Below, one piece after another: positions 37,269 to 47,190 of a stretch of DNA of 64,000 nt. Below the pieces are notes generated by a model. That model did not search any database. It was not told where the DNA came from and worked only from the letters and a program-made list of their open reading frames with translations. A program made the position numbers and the translations under genes. How positions within the stretch are numbered: the stretch's first letter is position 1; each line of letters opens with the position of its first letter. This DNA is from an uncultured Alphaproteobacteria bacterium (GTDB lineage Bacteria; Electryoneota; RPQS01): the NCBI GenBank assembly GCA_964444755.1, contig CAYUIF010000002.1, positions 1-64,000 on the forward strand. The letters are read 5' to 3'.

Positions 37269-37739
37269 ATGAGAGTTTTTGCAACGATATTTACTTTGAT
37301 CATCATCAGTATTTCTGCGGAAGCCGGCACGCGCCAACTAACCGATTTTGAACAACTCTGGAGTGCGCTGCAAAGCGGAGTCTCAGTTCGTGCCGTTATT
37401 TATTACGGAGAATGCAAACTTCTGATTGACGGTAAAGAGGAGTCCGCGCCGGCGGCAGTGGGCGGAGTAGAACTGTGGCCTTATGAGTATTTCCCGGCGA
37501 TGCTGATGGGGAATCCGCGAGCGTTCATTTCGGTATCGGAGACGAGATTAATCTCCCATCCGAAACGCGGCTATGTGTATAACTACGTGAAGCTTCGCAT
37601 CTACGAAGATGGCGAAGTGGAAATCCAGGCGCGATACCTGAAACCGAAGTCGCTCAAGATTACGATGGATGAAACCTTCAAGGGCATAATATCCGCAGCG
37701 GATAGTACCGGCGGAATACACCTATATGCTGATGAATGA
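37269..37739 (+). CDS. Hypothetical secreted protein
   Basis: An ATG at 37269 has an AGGA site about 10 nt upstream. The signal peptide reads MRVFATIFTLIIISISAEA. Confidence 0.5.
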   Translation: MRVFATIFTLIIISISAEAGTRQLTDFEQLWSALQSGVSVRAVIYYGECKLLIDGKEESAPAAVGGVELWPYEYFPAMLMGNPRAFISVSETRLISHPKRGYVYNYVKLRIYEDGEVEIQARYLKPKSLKITMDETFKGIISAADSTGGIHLYADE

Positions 37740-37947
37740 CCGCGACGGCAATTTCGCTCTTTTATTATTGTTCGTTCAATTCCAGAAAAAGAACACTGCA
37801 GAGCTGTAGCCTCACCATCATGGCACCTATGAGCGGATACGTGCCTGATTCCGTGGCGGCGATTCGTCCATTATATCATCTGGATGAAGAGTGCGAATAA
37901 GACAGCATTAACGCGGCAATTCCCGACAAAAGTGTACGGGTATTACA

Positions 37948-38634
37948 ATGAACAGATTTACTGAATGTTTAGTCTTGAAAAACCGCGGGAATATCGGTAT
38001 TCTGATTCTTCTTACGAGTCTCCTTGCCGGATGTGGAGCCCAAATGCGGAATATGCCTGTGGGTGCGCAAAAGATGCAAGTGAGCGCATCACTCGGCGGG
38101 CCAATGGTTGACGCATTCGGTAGGACTATTCCGATTCCTTACGGGCTGGTGGGAGCCACCTACGGAGTATCGAATGAATTTGAAGTCTATATTGATTATC
38201 ATGTCACTGCATCTGCCTTCAAGTTCTTGGGTGTTACTCCGGGAGTGGTTTACTTCCCTCGCTTGCCTTGGGGGCGTTTGGTTCCGGCGATCGGAGCTGA
38301 TGGGTTGATTTTCTCCGATCTTAGCGCTACAAGGATCTATCCCGAACTGACAGCCTCGACGGCTTATCGATTAAGTGAGCAGTGGACTCCGTACCTGGTA
38401 TTTCGGTACACGTTTCAAGCGGGTCGGAATTCTCTACAGATTCCATCGGCAATGGCCGGAACGTCCTATCGCAGCGGAAGGATGCAGTACTTTATCGAAA
38501 TGCAATGGTTGGCTCTCAACCGTGACAATCGCTGGAATCCGGTGGAATACCATGGCATATCGCATCGCGGAGCACTGTCGGTACAGGTGGGAGCCGCGCT
38601 GGATCTGCCGTGGAAGAAAGGTAGGAAGAAATGA
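37948..38634 (+). CDS. Hypothetical outer-membrane lipoprotein (beta-strand-rich)
   Basis: A signal peptide with lipobox 'LLAGCG' is followed by an amphipathic beta-strand pattern. Confidence 0.6.
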   Translation: MNRFTECLVLKNRGNIGILILLTSLLAGCGAQMRNMPVGAQKMQVSASLGGPMVDAFGRTIPIPYGLVGATYGVSNEFEVYIDYHVTASAFKFLGVTPGVVYFPRLPWGRLVPAIGADGLIFSDLSATRIYPELTASTAYRLSEQWTPYLVFRYTFQAGRNSLQIPSAMAGTSYRSGRMQYFIEMQWLALNRDNRWNPVEYHGISHRGALSVQVGAALDLPWKKGRKK

Positions 38635-39458
38635 AGCGCTCGACGATTTCGATCCTGTTCGTCGCTCTCATGTATTCCTCCTGCTCGCTGGATTCATTTC
38701 TCTACAATCAAGAGAAAATCGATCACTACGCGCTTTCCACTTCGGTGATACCTGAATCCAATCGGCGGATGGTCTCTTTTGAATCGGAGGGCAATACTCT
38801 TTATGGCTTCTACATTTGGAGATCCGATTCCCTCGACACGGGTTTGACCGTGCTGTACTGCCATGGAAACAAGAAGAACATCGAGGAGTATTGGAATCGC
38901 GTCGAACTATTCTATCAAATGGGACTACGGTGCCTGATCTTCGACTATCGTGGTTTCGGAATGAGCGAAGGCGAGCCTACGGCGTCCGGTCTCTACGCGG
39001 ACGGCGATGCTGCGCTGCACTTTGTGCAAGACTCACTTGACGTTGACAGCACACAGCTGGTGCTGTACGGGTTCTCGCTGGGCAACGTAATATCCATTGA
39101 TCTGGCTGCAGGATCACTGACTCCGCATTGTCTGATCGCTGAAGCGCCATTTGCCAGTGCCGAGGCACTGCTTCAGAATTCCACGCTTCTGGATATCCCC
39201 GGTAGCTTTGTGATAGACGATGATCTGAATAACGCCGAACGGATTCGCGAGATCAGAACGCGATTGTTGCTTATTCACGGTGTTGCCGACGATTTTATTC
39301 CATGGGAGTCCCATGGCCGTGTCGTTTACGAAAACGCTCCGCAGCCCAAAGAGCTTGAACTTGTGCCTGGCGCGAACCACACTGATATTCCGTGGATCAT
39401 GGGAGTGGAAAAATACCAAAACCGAATTCTCAACTTCCTGGTGCCGGCGCGTGGATAA
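38631..39458 (+). CDS. Alpha/beta-hydrolase fold protein (serine hydrolase, GFSLG nucleophile elbow)
   Basis: 'LYCHGNKKN' and 'GFSLG' place it in the alpha/beta-hydrolase fold. The start overlaps the upstream stop (ATGA). Confidence 0.75.
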   Translation: MKRSTISILFVALMYSSCSLDSFLYNQEKIDHYALSTSVIPESNRRMVSFESEGNTLYGFYIWRSDSLDTGLTVLYCHGNKKNIEEYWNRVELFYQMGLRCLIFDYRGFGMSEGEPTASGLYADGDAALHFVQDSLDVDSTQLVLYGFSLGNVISIDLAAGSLTPHCLIAEAPFASAEALLQNSTLLDIPGSFVIDDDLNNAERIREIRTRLLLIHGVADDFIPWESHGRVVYENAPQPKELELVPGANHTDIPWIMGVEKYQNRILNFLVPARG

Positions 39459-39654
39459 TATGTTCCTTCAGCACTTTTGGCACAAGTGGTTCACCGGCGC
39501 AATGTTGTGGTCAGTGACATAGTGCCAGACAGCTCCGCCAATAACGGGCTTTTCAATAATCCTGTGCCCGTACTGTATTCCGCTTTCACGGGTCCTGATA
39601 CTGTCCTGTTTTCGGTCGATATTGGTTGCTAAAAATATAAACTTTACCATATTC

Positions 39655-39830
39655 ATGATAAAAGCCCCGACGGGGCTTTTGTTGTTGATACACGATCTAT
39701 AAAATCGCATTAGAATGTACTGACCATGTAGAATCAAACCTGATCACGGATTTGCGAAAAGACAACTCCTTGTCGAAAGACTAAGCCGAGATTTGGATAT
39801 AAATGGAGCGAGCCGCCCCAGAAATCGGGG
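39655..39830 (+). repeat. Conserved intergenic element, copy 2 (candidate sRNA), lying between two terminators
   Basis: It aligns with 25271..25440, as listed under copy 1. Confidence 0.5.
39657..39687. terminator. Bidirectional intrinsic terminator
   Basis: The hairpin AGCCCC-GAC-GGGGCT has A-runs and T-runs on both sides. Confidence 0.5.
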
Positions 39831-39838
39831 CGGCTCGC
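39791..39838 (-). terminator. Intrinsic terminator of the S8 peptidase-2 gene
   Basis: A perfect 12-bp stem GCGAGCCGCCCC-AGAAATC-GGGGCGGCTCGC. On the minus strand it is followed by UCCAUUUAUAU. Confidence 0.55.
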
Positions 39839-39862
39839 GTTCTATGCGCTGCGTTGCTGATC

Positions 39863-42800
39863 CTAATTGTTCGCCTTCACCAGATAGAAGAGCCGGTTGG
39901 TTCCGGGGAAGGGAAAAGTTAACGAATTGGTCGGACTGTTTCCCACCACCGTTTCAAAAGTGCCGCCGGGAATGATGTCCGAATAAACAGTATACGATGT
40001 GGCACCGTTAACTGCCTGCCAGCGCAATTGCAGTTCATTCGATCCGGACAAGTAGAACAAGGTTACATCCAGCGGTGCGTCTAACGTCCCGACAATGAAG
40101 GTGACCGGGACAATCAACGGTGTCTCGTCGGTGTCGTTGCTGTTGATTATCAGCTCGCCGGTGTATTCGCCGGAAGTGAGATTTTCCGCATCGAAATTCA
40201 AGTTAACGGTTGCGCACTGACTGGTTTCCAATATACCGGTAAGCGTACCGGTTAGCGACATCCATTGCGGTACGCCTTCGAACAGTACGGCCAAATTGTC
40301 GGTGACATACGCGGCATTACAGACGACTTCGAGTGCTGTCGAGTAGTCACCATTCTGCAAGCCTACTGTCGCGTCAATGACCCCGATGCTTCCGCCGCCC
40401 ATGCTCAGGTATTGAACGACGATTCGACCGTTAGAATACAGCATCACTTGGAAGGTGTAGAGATCACCCGTGCTGCCGATATGCGGAACGGCCGACCATT
40501 CGATCACAAAGCGTCCGTTGGCGGCATCGTCGTAGTAATATACCGCACCGCCGGAGGGGAGATACAGGTCATCCCAGAACGGAGCGATCATTGCCGCCGG
40601 GCCGTTGAGATCGGGCAGACACTGATTGTAATAGTAGGAATTGGCGGTTCCAAAATGGATATTGCCGTTGGATGAAACGTTGACCGTTGTGTAGTCCAGG
40701 CCATAGAAGTTGAAGGCAAACGGCAGAGCCAGCGCTACGGTTTGATCATCGCCGGTCAATCCGGTATTCTGTCCGATGCCGCTGATCTCGAACCAGTTGA
40801 AGGCCGGTCCGTCCGGTTCATTGGAATCAATCCATGTGTAACCGAAGCTATCGGGACCGCCTTGACTGTCCAATGCGTCGCGCGTCATAACACCGTTGGG
40901 ATACAGGGGCGGCAGCTTCTCGCCGCGATTAACCGCCTCCAGCCAATCCACGTGTTCCTTGGTCATCTCCACCACACGCGGCAGGACCGCTGAACTAAGG
41001 GCTGCTGCCGGAGTGAGTTGATTGAATTCCACCGTATATCGCAGCGGACAGACGCCAAGGTTGCAGATTTCAACGGATTCCAAGTCGGTTCCGTTCAACG
41101 GCGCGCTGCCGATAACGCCGGTGGGGTTTACGGAGATATCCGGCGTACCTTCGCAGCCGGGACCGGTGGTGAACTTAATCGCGCGGCCTTGTTCGATGCC
41201 GAACGCATGAGTTTGGTAGACGTTGTTGCACTGGTAAAGGAGATAATCAGCGCCCGCCGCTGATTGAATGCCGACAGTATTGCTGGTCACCAGCGAAAGA
41301 CTGTTGTATTGGAAGACAATGTCATTGTCACCGGTCGCCGTCGGGTAGTAGGCGGCATCGTAGATGATGATCTCGAAATTCTCCGTGTTGCCTTCGCTGC
41401 AGCAATGGCAGACATTATAGAACTCCACCACGTACCGGTGATTGGTTTCATCGTAGTAGCCAACCACATCCGCCGTTGTGCATGTCGTGTAGAGATCATC
41501 CCAGAACGGATAGCAACCGGCCGCCATGGATGTAGCCGGGAAGCAAACATTGCTATAGGATGTATTGCCGCTGCCGAAGGTTACATAGCCGTTCGATCCG
41601 ACGTAGAAGTCGGTGTAAACCGCTCCATAGAACTGAACGTTGAACGGCAGGGCTATCGGACCCGTATAGCAATCATCACAGGCATTGGCGAGAATCGTTC
41701 CCGCACCGCCTTCGCTGGGATGAGCACCGATCCAACTGAACGCGGGTCCGTCGGGATCGAGATTCTCACAGGCATAGTAACCATAGCCGTCCGCCGGTGA
41801 GCATTCCGCGGCCGGATCGGAAATTAGTGTGAGATTTTGGGTTGTGACCATACCGGAGGCGATTTCGATTCCGCTTACCGTACCCGGGGCACAACCGGCG
41901 AAGGTTACGTCGATCTCGTACGTTCCGGCCGGAAGTTCGGCAAATTCGTAGTACCCGGTTGCGTTGGTTGTTTGTGACGGAATCGCTGTTCCGGTTAGGG
42001 CAACCGTGGCGCCGACGGCGGGACCGCCGTTGCAGGAAGTGATCGTTCCTTCCAATGTGCCGGGGGCGGATAATGTCAAGTTAACCGTGGTCGTACCGCC
42101 GATTGTGACGACATGGCCGTCGCTCTGAGTATAAGAGCACGGGTACTTATCGGCGCGAACGCTGTAAGTTCCCGGTACCATATCGAGAGTATAAAAACCG
42201 TTGGCATCAGCGGTGATCGCGGGATAAAACGAGCCGGGGAACGAGACCTCGGCATTAGCGGCGGCACCACCGCTGCAGAACGTAATCGTTCCTTGCATGG
42301 TTCCGAATTCCGGAGTTGTGCTGCCGCCATACGTGATCACGTGCATATTTGCGATGCCCTGCGAACTGACATCCAATGCACCGTTATACACATACTGGCT
42401 GGCAATCGTGGAACCATTGGAAACACCGATGGTATTGGAACCACCGCTGGCCACGGTTTGATATTGAATGCGAATCTGACTGTCCCCGTTGGGACCTGGA
42501 TTGGTTGCCACATTGTACAGCCAGACTTGGAAGGTCTCCGGGCCGCCGCTGCTGTAATGCGGAACCTCGTGCCATTCGACGATGAACGCATTTTCAGCCG
42601 CATGGTAGTAATAGCTGATATCGCCGGTGCTGGAGTTAAGATCATCCCAGAACGGGCAAATCGCTGCGCCAATAGTGGCACTGGGCAAGGCTGCGTTCGA
42701 ATAAGCTGTGCTGGTGGTGCTAAACGAAAGGAAACCGTTGGAGCACACCCAAACACTGGTATAGTCCACTCCGTAGAACCGGAAAGTGAACGGCAGCGTC

Positions 42801-44944
42801 AAGGTTGCGCCGGCATCGTCACCGGCCACACCGGATAACGTCCCGGCTCCCCCGGCATTGGGGGAAATCTCGAACCACGAATAGGTCGGACCATTAAGAT
42901 CGCCATTCTCGCACGCGCTGTATCCGCCGGCATCCGGTGCGCTGCATGAATAACGCGGATCGCTGGGCAGCGTGAAATTTTGAGTCGTGCTGGTTCCGAT
43001 CACCACATCGTTGACGGTCTGCACACCGCATCCGGCGCCCGATGCCCGCATATCATACGTCCCTTGGGGCAGTGTGATAGAATAGAAGCCGGAACTATTG
43101 GTGGTGGCCGGGGTCACCGGAACATCCAACACTGCGACCGTAGCGCCGTTGGCCGGAAAACCGAAACAATCGGTGACGATACCCGATACCGTTCCCTGCG
43201 GGGCAAGGGACAATACTTGGTTGACAATGGTCGTATCGCCTTCCGTGACGGCGATGCCGGATTGCGAAGCGGTGATATAGCTGAATTTGCTGAATTCGAC
43301 GGAATAGGTTCCTTCCGGGAGGGGCAGATAGTATTGTCCGGCGGCATCAGTAAATGTAAATTGCGTACCGCTTTGATTGGCGACACGTACTCCGGCCAGC
43401 GGATTAGTGCCGTCCGTCACGATTCCCCCCACCCGGCCCAGATTGGAGACGGCCAGCACAGCGGCGTAGGCATCAATCATACCGTTGCCGAAAACATTGT
43501 TCTCGGTGGCGGGTGGTGTGACATAACCCGTGCGGATCGCGGTGGTGATGATGGCTTGCTTGATCGTGGTCGGATCGCAATCAGGGCAGGCTTCACGCAT
43601 TAACGCAACGACACCGGCGACATGGGGCCCGGCCATTGATGTGCCGCTCAGATACTGATAGCCGCCGCCTGGTTGGGCTGACCAGACATCTACGCCGGGA
43701 GCACTGATTTCCGGTTTGATCGTGTTGGGATCGGCGGGGGTACAGGGAGTGGGACCTTGACTTGAGAAACTGGCAATGGGATAAGGTGCGCTGTAGTTGG
43801 TGGCATCCAATGCACCCACGGAGAAAATCTGCGTTTCATTGATCGAATAAATTGCCGGACTGCGCAAACCGCTGGTGCCTTCATTTCCGGCACTCCACGT
43901 CACCACCACGCCGGCGGCTTCGCAGTTCAGGATGACGGAGTTCCAGAAATCGAAACATTGCACATAACCCAATCCCGTGTTGACACCCCACGAATTTTGG
44001 ACGACATCCGGAACGTCGTCCATGGTGTTGATATTGCTGTCGGGATTGGCAAACCACTGGAAGGTCAGGATGATGTCATTATCGAAGTCGCCGCCGACGC
44101 CTTGATTGATCGCGTTATTCGCAATCCATTCCGCTTGGGGAGCGACGCCGATCCACGTGCTGTCCGTGCCGGAAATCGCCATTCCGGTGATGGTTCCCAT
44201 GACGTGCGTGCCATGGTAATGCTGGTCATTGGGGGAGGTGGTATTCGTGCCGAGGTTATCCATCCAGCAATGATACCACGGGGCATGATTCCCGCGCCAG
44301 CGGGAAGCCAGCGCCGGGTGGGTACCGTCTACACCGGTATCGCAATTACCGACCAGTACGCCATTGCCGGTAATGCCCAATTCTTCCACAACGCGAACGG
44401 CGCCCATCGCCGCAATACCCGGTGGAACCGTGCGGCTGTCCAGGGAACCCTGTTCGTCGCGCGGATCGGATCCGGCTTTTACATTAGAGCGAAGTGGTTC
44501 GATAAGTTCCGCTTTGAAATTCTCGGTGACATACTTGATGTCGTCACGAGGGCGAAGTGATTCCACCAACTCCTTCGTCGCGCTGATGATGAAGAGGTTT
44601 TCGATCCAATAGGCCGTATAGCCTTTCATGCGACCTTCATCAATCGCCTTATCGAATTCGGAGCGAATCGCCGGTTGCGTTACATCGGCATTGTAATGCA
44701 ATGCCTCAATAACCTCCCGATACCGCTCGACGCGACTGGCCTTCTGGATATGCAGCCGGTCATCTAAGGCGCGGATATCAATTGGACTTTCCAAAATCAC
44801 GATCGCGCTGACAAATTCAGCGTCTTTCTTGCTCATCAGTTCTGACTCAAGAGCCGGAGAGAACTCCGCAGCAAATACAAAGGAAGCAAAGAACAGGGCT
44901 CCGAGGGTCAGTAGTGAAAAACACGTATGCTTTTTCATTGTCAT
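39863..44944 (-). CDS. Secreted S8-family subtilisin-like serine peptidase, multidomain (about 1693 aa), with three NIDO-like domains, several CarboxypepD_reg-like domains and a C-terminal Fn3 domain
   Basis: The catalytic triad reads D in 'VGNCDTGVD', H in 'HYHGTHVMG' and S in 'LSGTSMAGPHVAG'. An N-terminal I9-like propeptide is present. The signal peptide MTMKKHTCFSLLTLGALFFASFVFA follows the ATG at 44944, which has an AGGTAGGA ribosome-binding site. The NIDO-like motifs are 'LPFTFRFYGVDYTSVWVCSNGFLSF', 'LPFNVQFYGAVYTDFYVGSNGYVTF' and 'LPFAFNFYGLDYTTVNVSSNGNIHF', each followed by 'FWDDL'. Confidence 0.85.
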   Translation of the reverse strand: MTMKKHTCFSLLTLGALFFASFVFAAEFSPALESELMSKKDAEFVSAIVILESPIDIRALDDRLHIQKASRVERYREVIEALHYNADVTQPAIRSEFDKAIDEGRMKGYTAYWIENLFIISATKELVESLRPRDDIKYVTENFKAELIEPLRSNVKAGSDPRDEQGSLDSRTVPPGIAAMGAVRVVEELGITGNGVLVGNCDTGVDGTHPALASRWRGNHAPWYHCWMDNLGTNTTSPNDQHYHGTHVMGTITGMAISGTDSTWIGVAPQAEWIANNAINQGVGGDFDNDIILTFQWFANPDSNINTMDDVPDVVQNSWGVNTGLGYVQCFDFWNSVILNCEAAGVVVTWSAGNEGTSGLRSPAIYSINETQIFSVGALDATNYSAPYPIASFSSQGPTPCTPADPNTIKPEISAPGVDVWSAQPGGGYQYLSGTSMAGPHVAGVVALMREACPDCDPTTIKQAIITTAIRTGYVTPPATENNVFGNGMIDAYAAVLAVSNLGRVGGIVTDGTNPLAGVRVANQSGTQFTFTDAAGQYYLPLPEGTYSVEFSKFSYITASQSGIAVTEGDTTIVNQVLSLAPQGTVSGIVTDCFGFPANGATVAVLDVPVTPATTNSSGFYSITLPQGTYDMRASGAGCGVQTVNDVVIGTSTTQNFTLPSDPRYSCSAPDAGGYSACENGDLNGPTYSWFEISPNAGGAGTLSGVAGDDAGATLTLPFTFRFYGVDYTSVWVCSNGFLSFSTTSTAYSNAALPSATIGAAICPFWDDLNSSTGDISYYYHAAENAFIVEWHEVPHYSSGGPETFQVWLYNVATNPGPNGDSQIRIQYQTVASGGSNTIGVSNGSTIASQYVYNGALDVSSQGIANMHVITYGGSTTPEFGTMQGTITFCSGGAAANAEVSFPGSFYPAITADANGFYTLDMVPGTYSVRADKYPCSYTQSDGHVVTIGGTTTVNLTLSAPGTLEGTITSCNGGPAVGATVALTGTAIPSQTTNATGYYEFAELPAGTYEIDVTFAGCAPGTVSGIEIASGMVTTQNLTLISDPAAECSPADGYGYYACENLDPDGPAFSWIGAHPSEGGAGTILANACDDCYTGPIALPFNVQFYGAVYTDFYVGSNGYVTFGSGNTSYSNVCFPATSMAAGCYPFWDDLYTTCTTADVVGYYDETNHRYVVEFYNVCHCCSEGNTENFEIIIYDAAYYPTATGDNDIVFQYNSLSLVTSNTVGIQSAAGADYLLYQCNNVYQTHAFGIEQGRAIKFTTGPGCEGTPDISVNPTGVIGSAPLNGTDLESVEICNLGVCPLRYTVEFNQLTPAAALSSAVLPRVVEMTKEHVDWLEAVNRGEKLPPLYPNGVMTRDALDSQGGPDSFGYTWIDSNEPDGPAFNWFEISGIGQNTGLTGDDQTVALALPFAFNFYGLDYTTVNVSSNGNIHFGTANSYYYNQCLPDLNGPAAMIAPFWDDLYLPSGGAVYYYDDAANGRFVIEWSAVPHIGSTGDLYTFQVMLYSNGRIVVQYLSMGGGSIGVIDATVGLQNGDYSTALEVVCNAAYVTDNLAVLFEGVPQWMSLTGTLTGILETSQCATVNLNFDAENLTSGEYTGELIINSNDTDETPLIVPVTFIVGTLDAPLDVTLFYLSGSNELQLRWQAVNGATSYTVYSDIIPGGTFETVVGNSPTNSLTFPFPGTNRLFYLVKANN

Positions 44945-45245
44945 TCCTACCTGCCTCGCGGTTGATGTGGAATCACTTACAGTGAAAACGAACGGAAATT
45001 CTATGCAATAATTTACAACCTCCAATTCGACGAAACAATGAAAAAGATGGGTATGCGATTATTACCTGTCTTTGTTTGCTTCGATACAATTCATTGACAA
45101 ATAGCCATCTATAATCAGCAATTCGTGTAGGATTTTCGCTCGGAGATATTTTTAAGATCGCGGGAGAAGCAGCCTCCTTATCATAATTGAAATATAAATT
45201 TGCAAAGGCTTGTAAGATGAAGTTATTCGTATCGTCGGTATGAAT

Positions 45246-45281
45246 ATATATTAAAAAGCCTGCATGTTATGCATGCAGGCT
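45246..45281 (-). terminator. Intrinsic terminator of the BNR-like gene
   Basis: A perfect stem AGCCTGCATG-TTAT-GCATGCAGGCT. On the minus strand it is followed by UUUUUAAUAUAUAU. Confidence 0.55.
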
Positions 45282-45311
45282 TTGCGAACCAAGGGGAACA
45301 TTTAGCACACA

Positions 45312-46565
45312 TCATTTTAGAAACAGCATTTTCTTGCGATTGGTGTAAGTGGCAGTTTGCAGGGTGTAGAAGTAAATTCCTGAAGCAAGATCTTTAGCGT
45401 TGAAGTTCACCACATGGCTGCCGCTCGGCAGATCAGCACTTAGGAGGACGGCGATTTCCTGTCCCAGCATATCGTAGACCTTGACCGTCACAACGGTGGG
45501 TTCCGTCAGATCGAAGCGAATAGTAGTGCTTGCGTTAAAAGGATTGGGATAGTTTTGGTGAAGAGTCACCGATTGGGGCACTGCCGATGGTGAAATCGCT
45601 GTGCCTTGCGGCGGAGTCCAACCACCGTCCCGTGTACGCAGAATCGTTCCGCTATCCCCGACCACCCAGCCGTTGGAATCATCAAGGTAGAAAAACGCAC
45701 TGTTCAAGTTGTTAATTGTACCACTCTCCTGAACGACCCAACTGATACCCTCATCAGTGGATTTGATAATCGTACCGCGGTCACCCACCGCATAAATACG
45801 GCTCGTGTTATTGACGGAAAACTCAACCGCTTTCAAGGTGGCGGTTGCCGGAGCATTCTGAGGAAACCAACTTTGACCGAAATTCGAGCTGCGAAGGACT
45901 AACCCGCCTTCACCGACGATCAAGTTGCTGTTGGAGAAGAGCGGAAGATTGAACAGATCAGCCGTGGTTCCGCTGGTGCCGAATTGCCACGGATTGGAAC
46001 CTAATTTCCGAAGAACCACGCCATCATCTCCGGCGATCAAGGGGACACTGAAGGTTCCCGAAACGGCATTCAAGCGAACCGTGGTTGGACTCTCCATCGC
46101 TTCAAAGGAGATGGCGAATTCGGTGGCATATAGAATTGTGCCGCTGTCTCCCACAATATAATTCGAGAAATCGCAGATGTCGCGCAAGGTTCGGGTGGTG
46201 GGACTGGGCAAGCGTTCCCAAGTTGTACCATTATCGGATGTTTTCAGAATGATTCCGCTATCGCCGACGGCAATGACCGGACCGGGAATAATTTCGAGGA
46301 AGGCGATGGAATAAAGATTGGCGGTCGTTCCGGATTCTTGAGTGATCCAGGTTGTACCGCCATCGGCTGTGTAGAGGATTGTTCCGCGATCTCCGCAAGT
46401 CCAAGCGAAATTGATATCGCTATGGTTCGCGGTAACTCCATTCAAGTTATGAGCAGTACCGGGATCTTGTCGAATCCAACCTGCTTTGGTAGCTGGGACA
46501 ACAAGAAAACCAGAAGTTATTAACCAGGATATAATGAAGAGAGATTGCAGATGCCGACTGAGCAT
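45312..46565 (-). CDS. T9SS-secreted BNR/Ycf48-like beta-propeller protein
   Basis: A signal peptide is present. The repeats fit 'G-IL-T-DGG-TW'. The C-terminus 'YPNPFNASTTIRFDL...IYFYTLQTATYTNRKKMLFLK' is a T9SS sorting domain. An AAGGAAAT ribosome-binding site precedes the start. Confidence 0.75.
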   Translation of the reverse strand: MLSRHLQSLFIISWLITSGFLVVPATKAGWIRQDPGTAHNLNGVTANHSDINFAWTCGDRGTILYTADGGTTWITQESGTTANLYSIAFLEIIPGPVIAVGDSGIILKTSDNGTTWERLPSPTTRTLRDICDFSNYIVGDSGTILYATEFAISFEAMESPTTVRLNAVSGTFSVPLIAGDDGVVLRKLGSNPWQFGTSGTTADLFNLPLFSNSNLIVGEGGLVLRSSNFGQSWFPQNAPATATLKAVEFSVNNTSRIYAVGDRGTIIKSTDEGISWVVQESGTINNLNSAFFYLDDSNGWVVGDSGTILRTRDGGWTPPQGTAISPSAVPQSVTLHQNYPNPFNASTTIRFDLTEPTVVTVKVYDMLGQEIAVLLSADLPSGSHVVNFNAKDLASGIYFYTLQTATYTNRKKMLFLK

Positions 46566-47047
46566 GGTGGGATTTCCTTGATTAGTTTGTTATAATTTAC
46601 CTCCAAGTTTCTCATATATCAATATATATCAGAGTGTTGTGAAATAGATAAAATATGTACAATTTTATGGACTACAACACTTATGAGGGCAGTGCCAAGT
46701 TCTTTTAAAACTCTAATACGAATGTGGAAAGATGCCAAGAAAAAGCAATAACGTAAATTCAACTCATCTATTTTTAAATTGTTAAAAATGACACAATATC
46801 TACTTTTAGAGATTTCAGGAGGCACCAAAGTAATAAACTTCCGTATACGTCATATTGAGTGTCGAGAATGAAACCCACGATCAATTAATACTTAATCACA
46901 GCTAATACATTGAAATAATAGGGCTTAAAAGAAAGAGAAACAAATCTGACCATTTATTACTCTTTATCCTACACCACAAGATCGCTACCTATCACTTATG
47001 TTAAGGTATTAAATAATAATCAAAAGCAAATTTTATCGAGAAGGCTA

Positions 47048-47092
47048 TTGACTTTTCGAGTCCTTAGGTATATATTAAACCGACCAGTCAGT
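47048..47092 (+). promoter_or_regulatory. Consensus promoter (TTGACT-17-TATATT) followed directly by a TetR-operator-like palindrome (AACCGACCAGTCAGT)
   Basis: The -35 box is at 47048 and the -10 box at 47071. The palindrome is at 47078-47092. Confidence 0.45.
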
Positions 47093-47158
47093 ATGTGCAA
47101 TTAGTCCTTTTGATCCCCTGACTCAAGGGAATCTTCGAAATTCTATATCACTTAAGTT

Positions 47159-47173
47159 ACCGACTGGTCGGTT
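47159..47173 (+). promoter_or_regulatory. Second operator-like palindrome (ACCGAC-TG-GTCGGT) at the TetR gene ribosome-binding site
   Basis: Perfect 6-bp arms that are an inverted copy of the first site. Confidence 0.4.
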
Positions 47174-47190
47174 TGTTAAGGAACAGAAAC

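Noticed and set aside
27207-45025. Expectation that the two S8 peptidases carry T9SS C-terminal sorting domains like their neighbours
   Set aside because: Both end in an Fn3-like domain (...LFYVVVSSD and ...LFYLVKANN) without the YPNPFN...K-terminal Por_Secre_tail pattern. They are therefore annotated only as signal-peptide-secreted.
10831-45025. Numerous 60-260-aa ORFs antisense to or nested within the giant genes (for example 28755..29537, 41264..41800, 42113..42838, 43958..44560)
   Set aside because: They lie entirely inside long, well-supported coding regions on the opposite strand or in other frames. They have Arg/Gly-rich high-GC shadow-frame composition and lack start signals.
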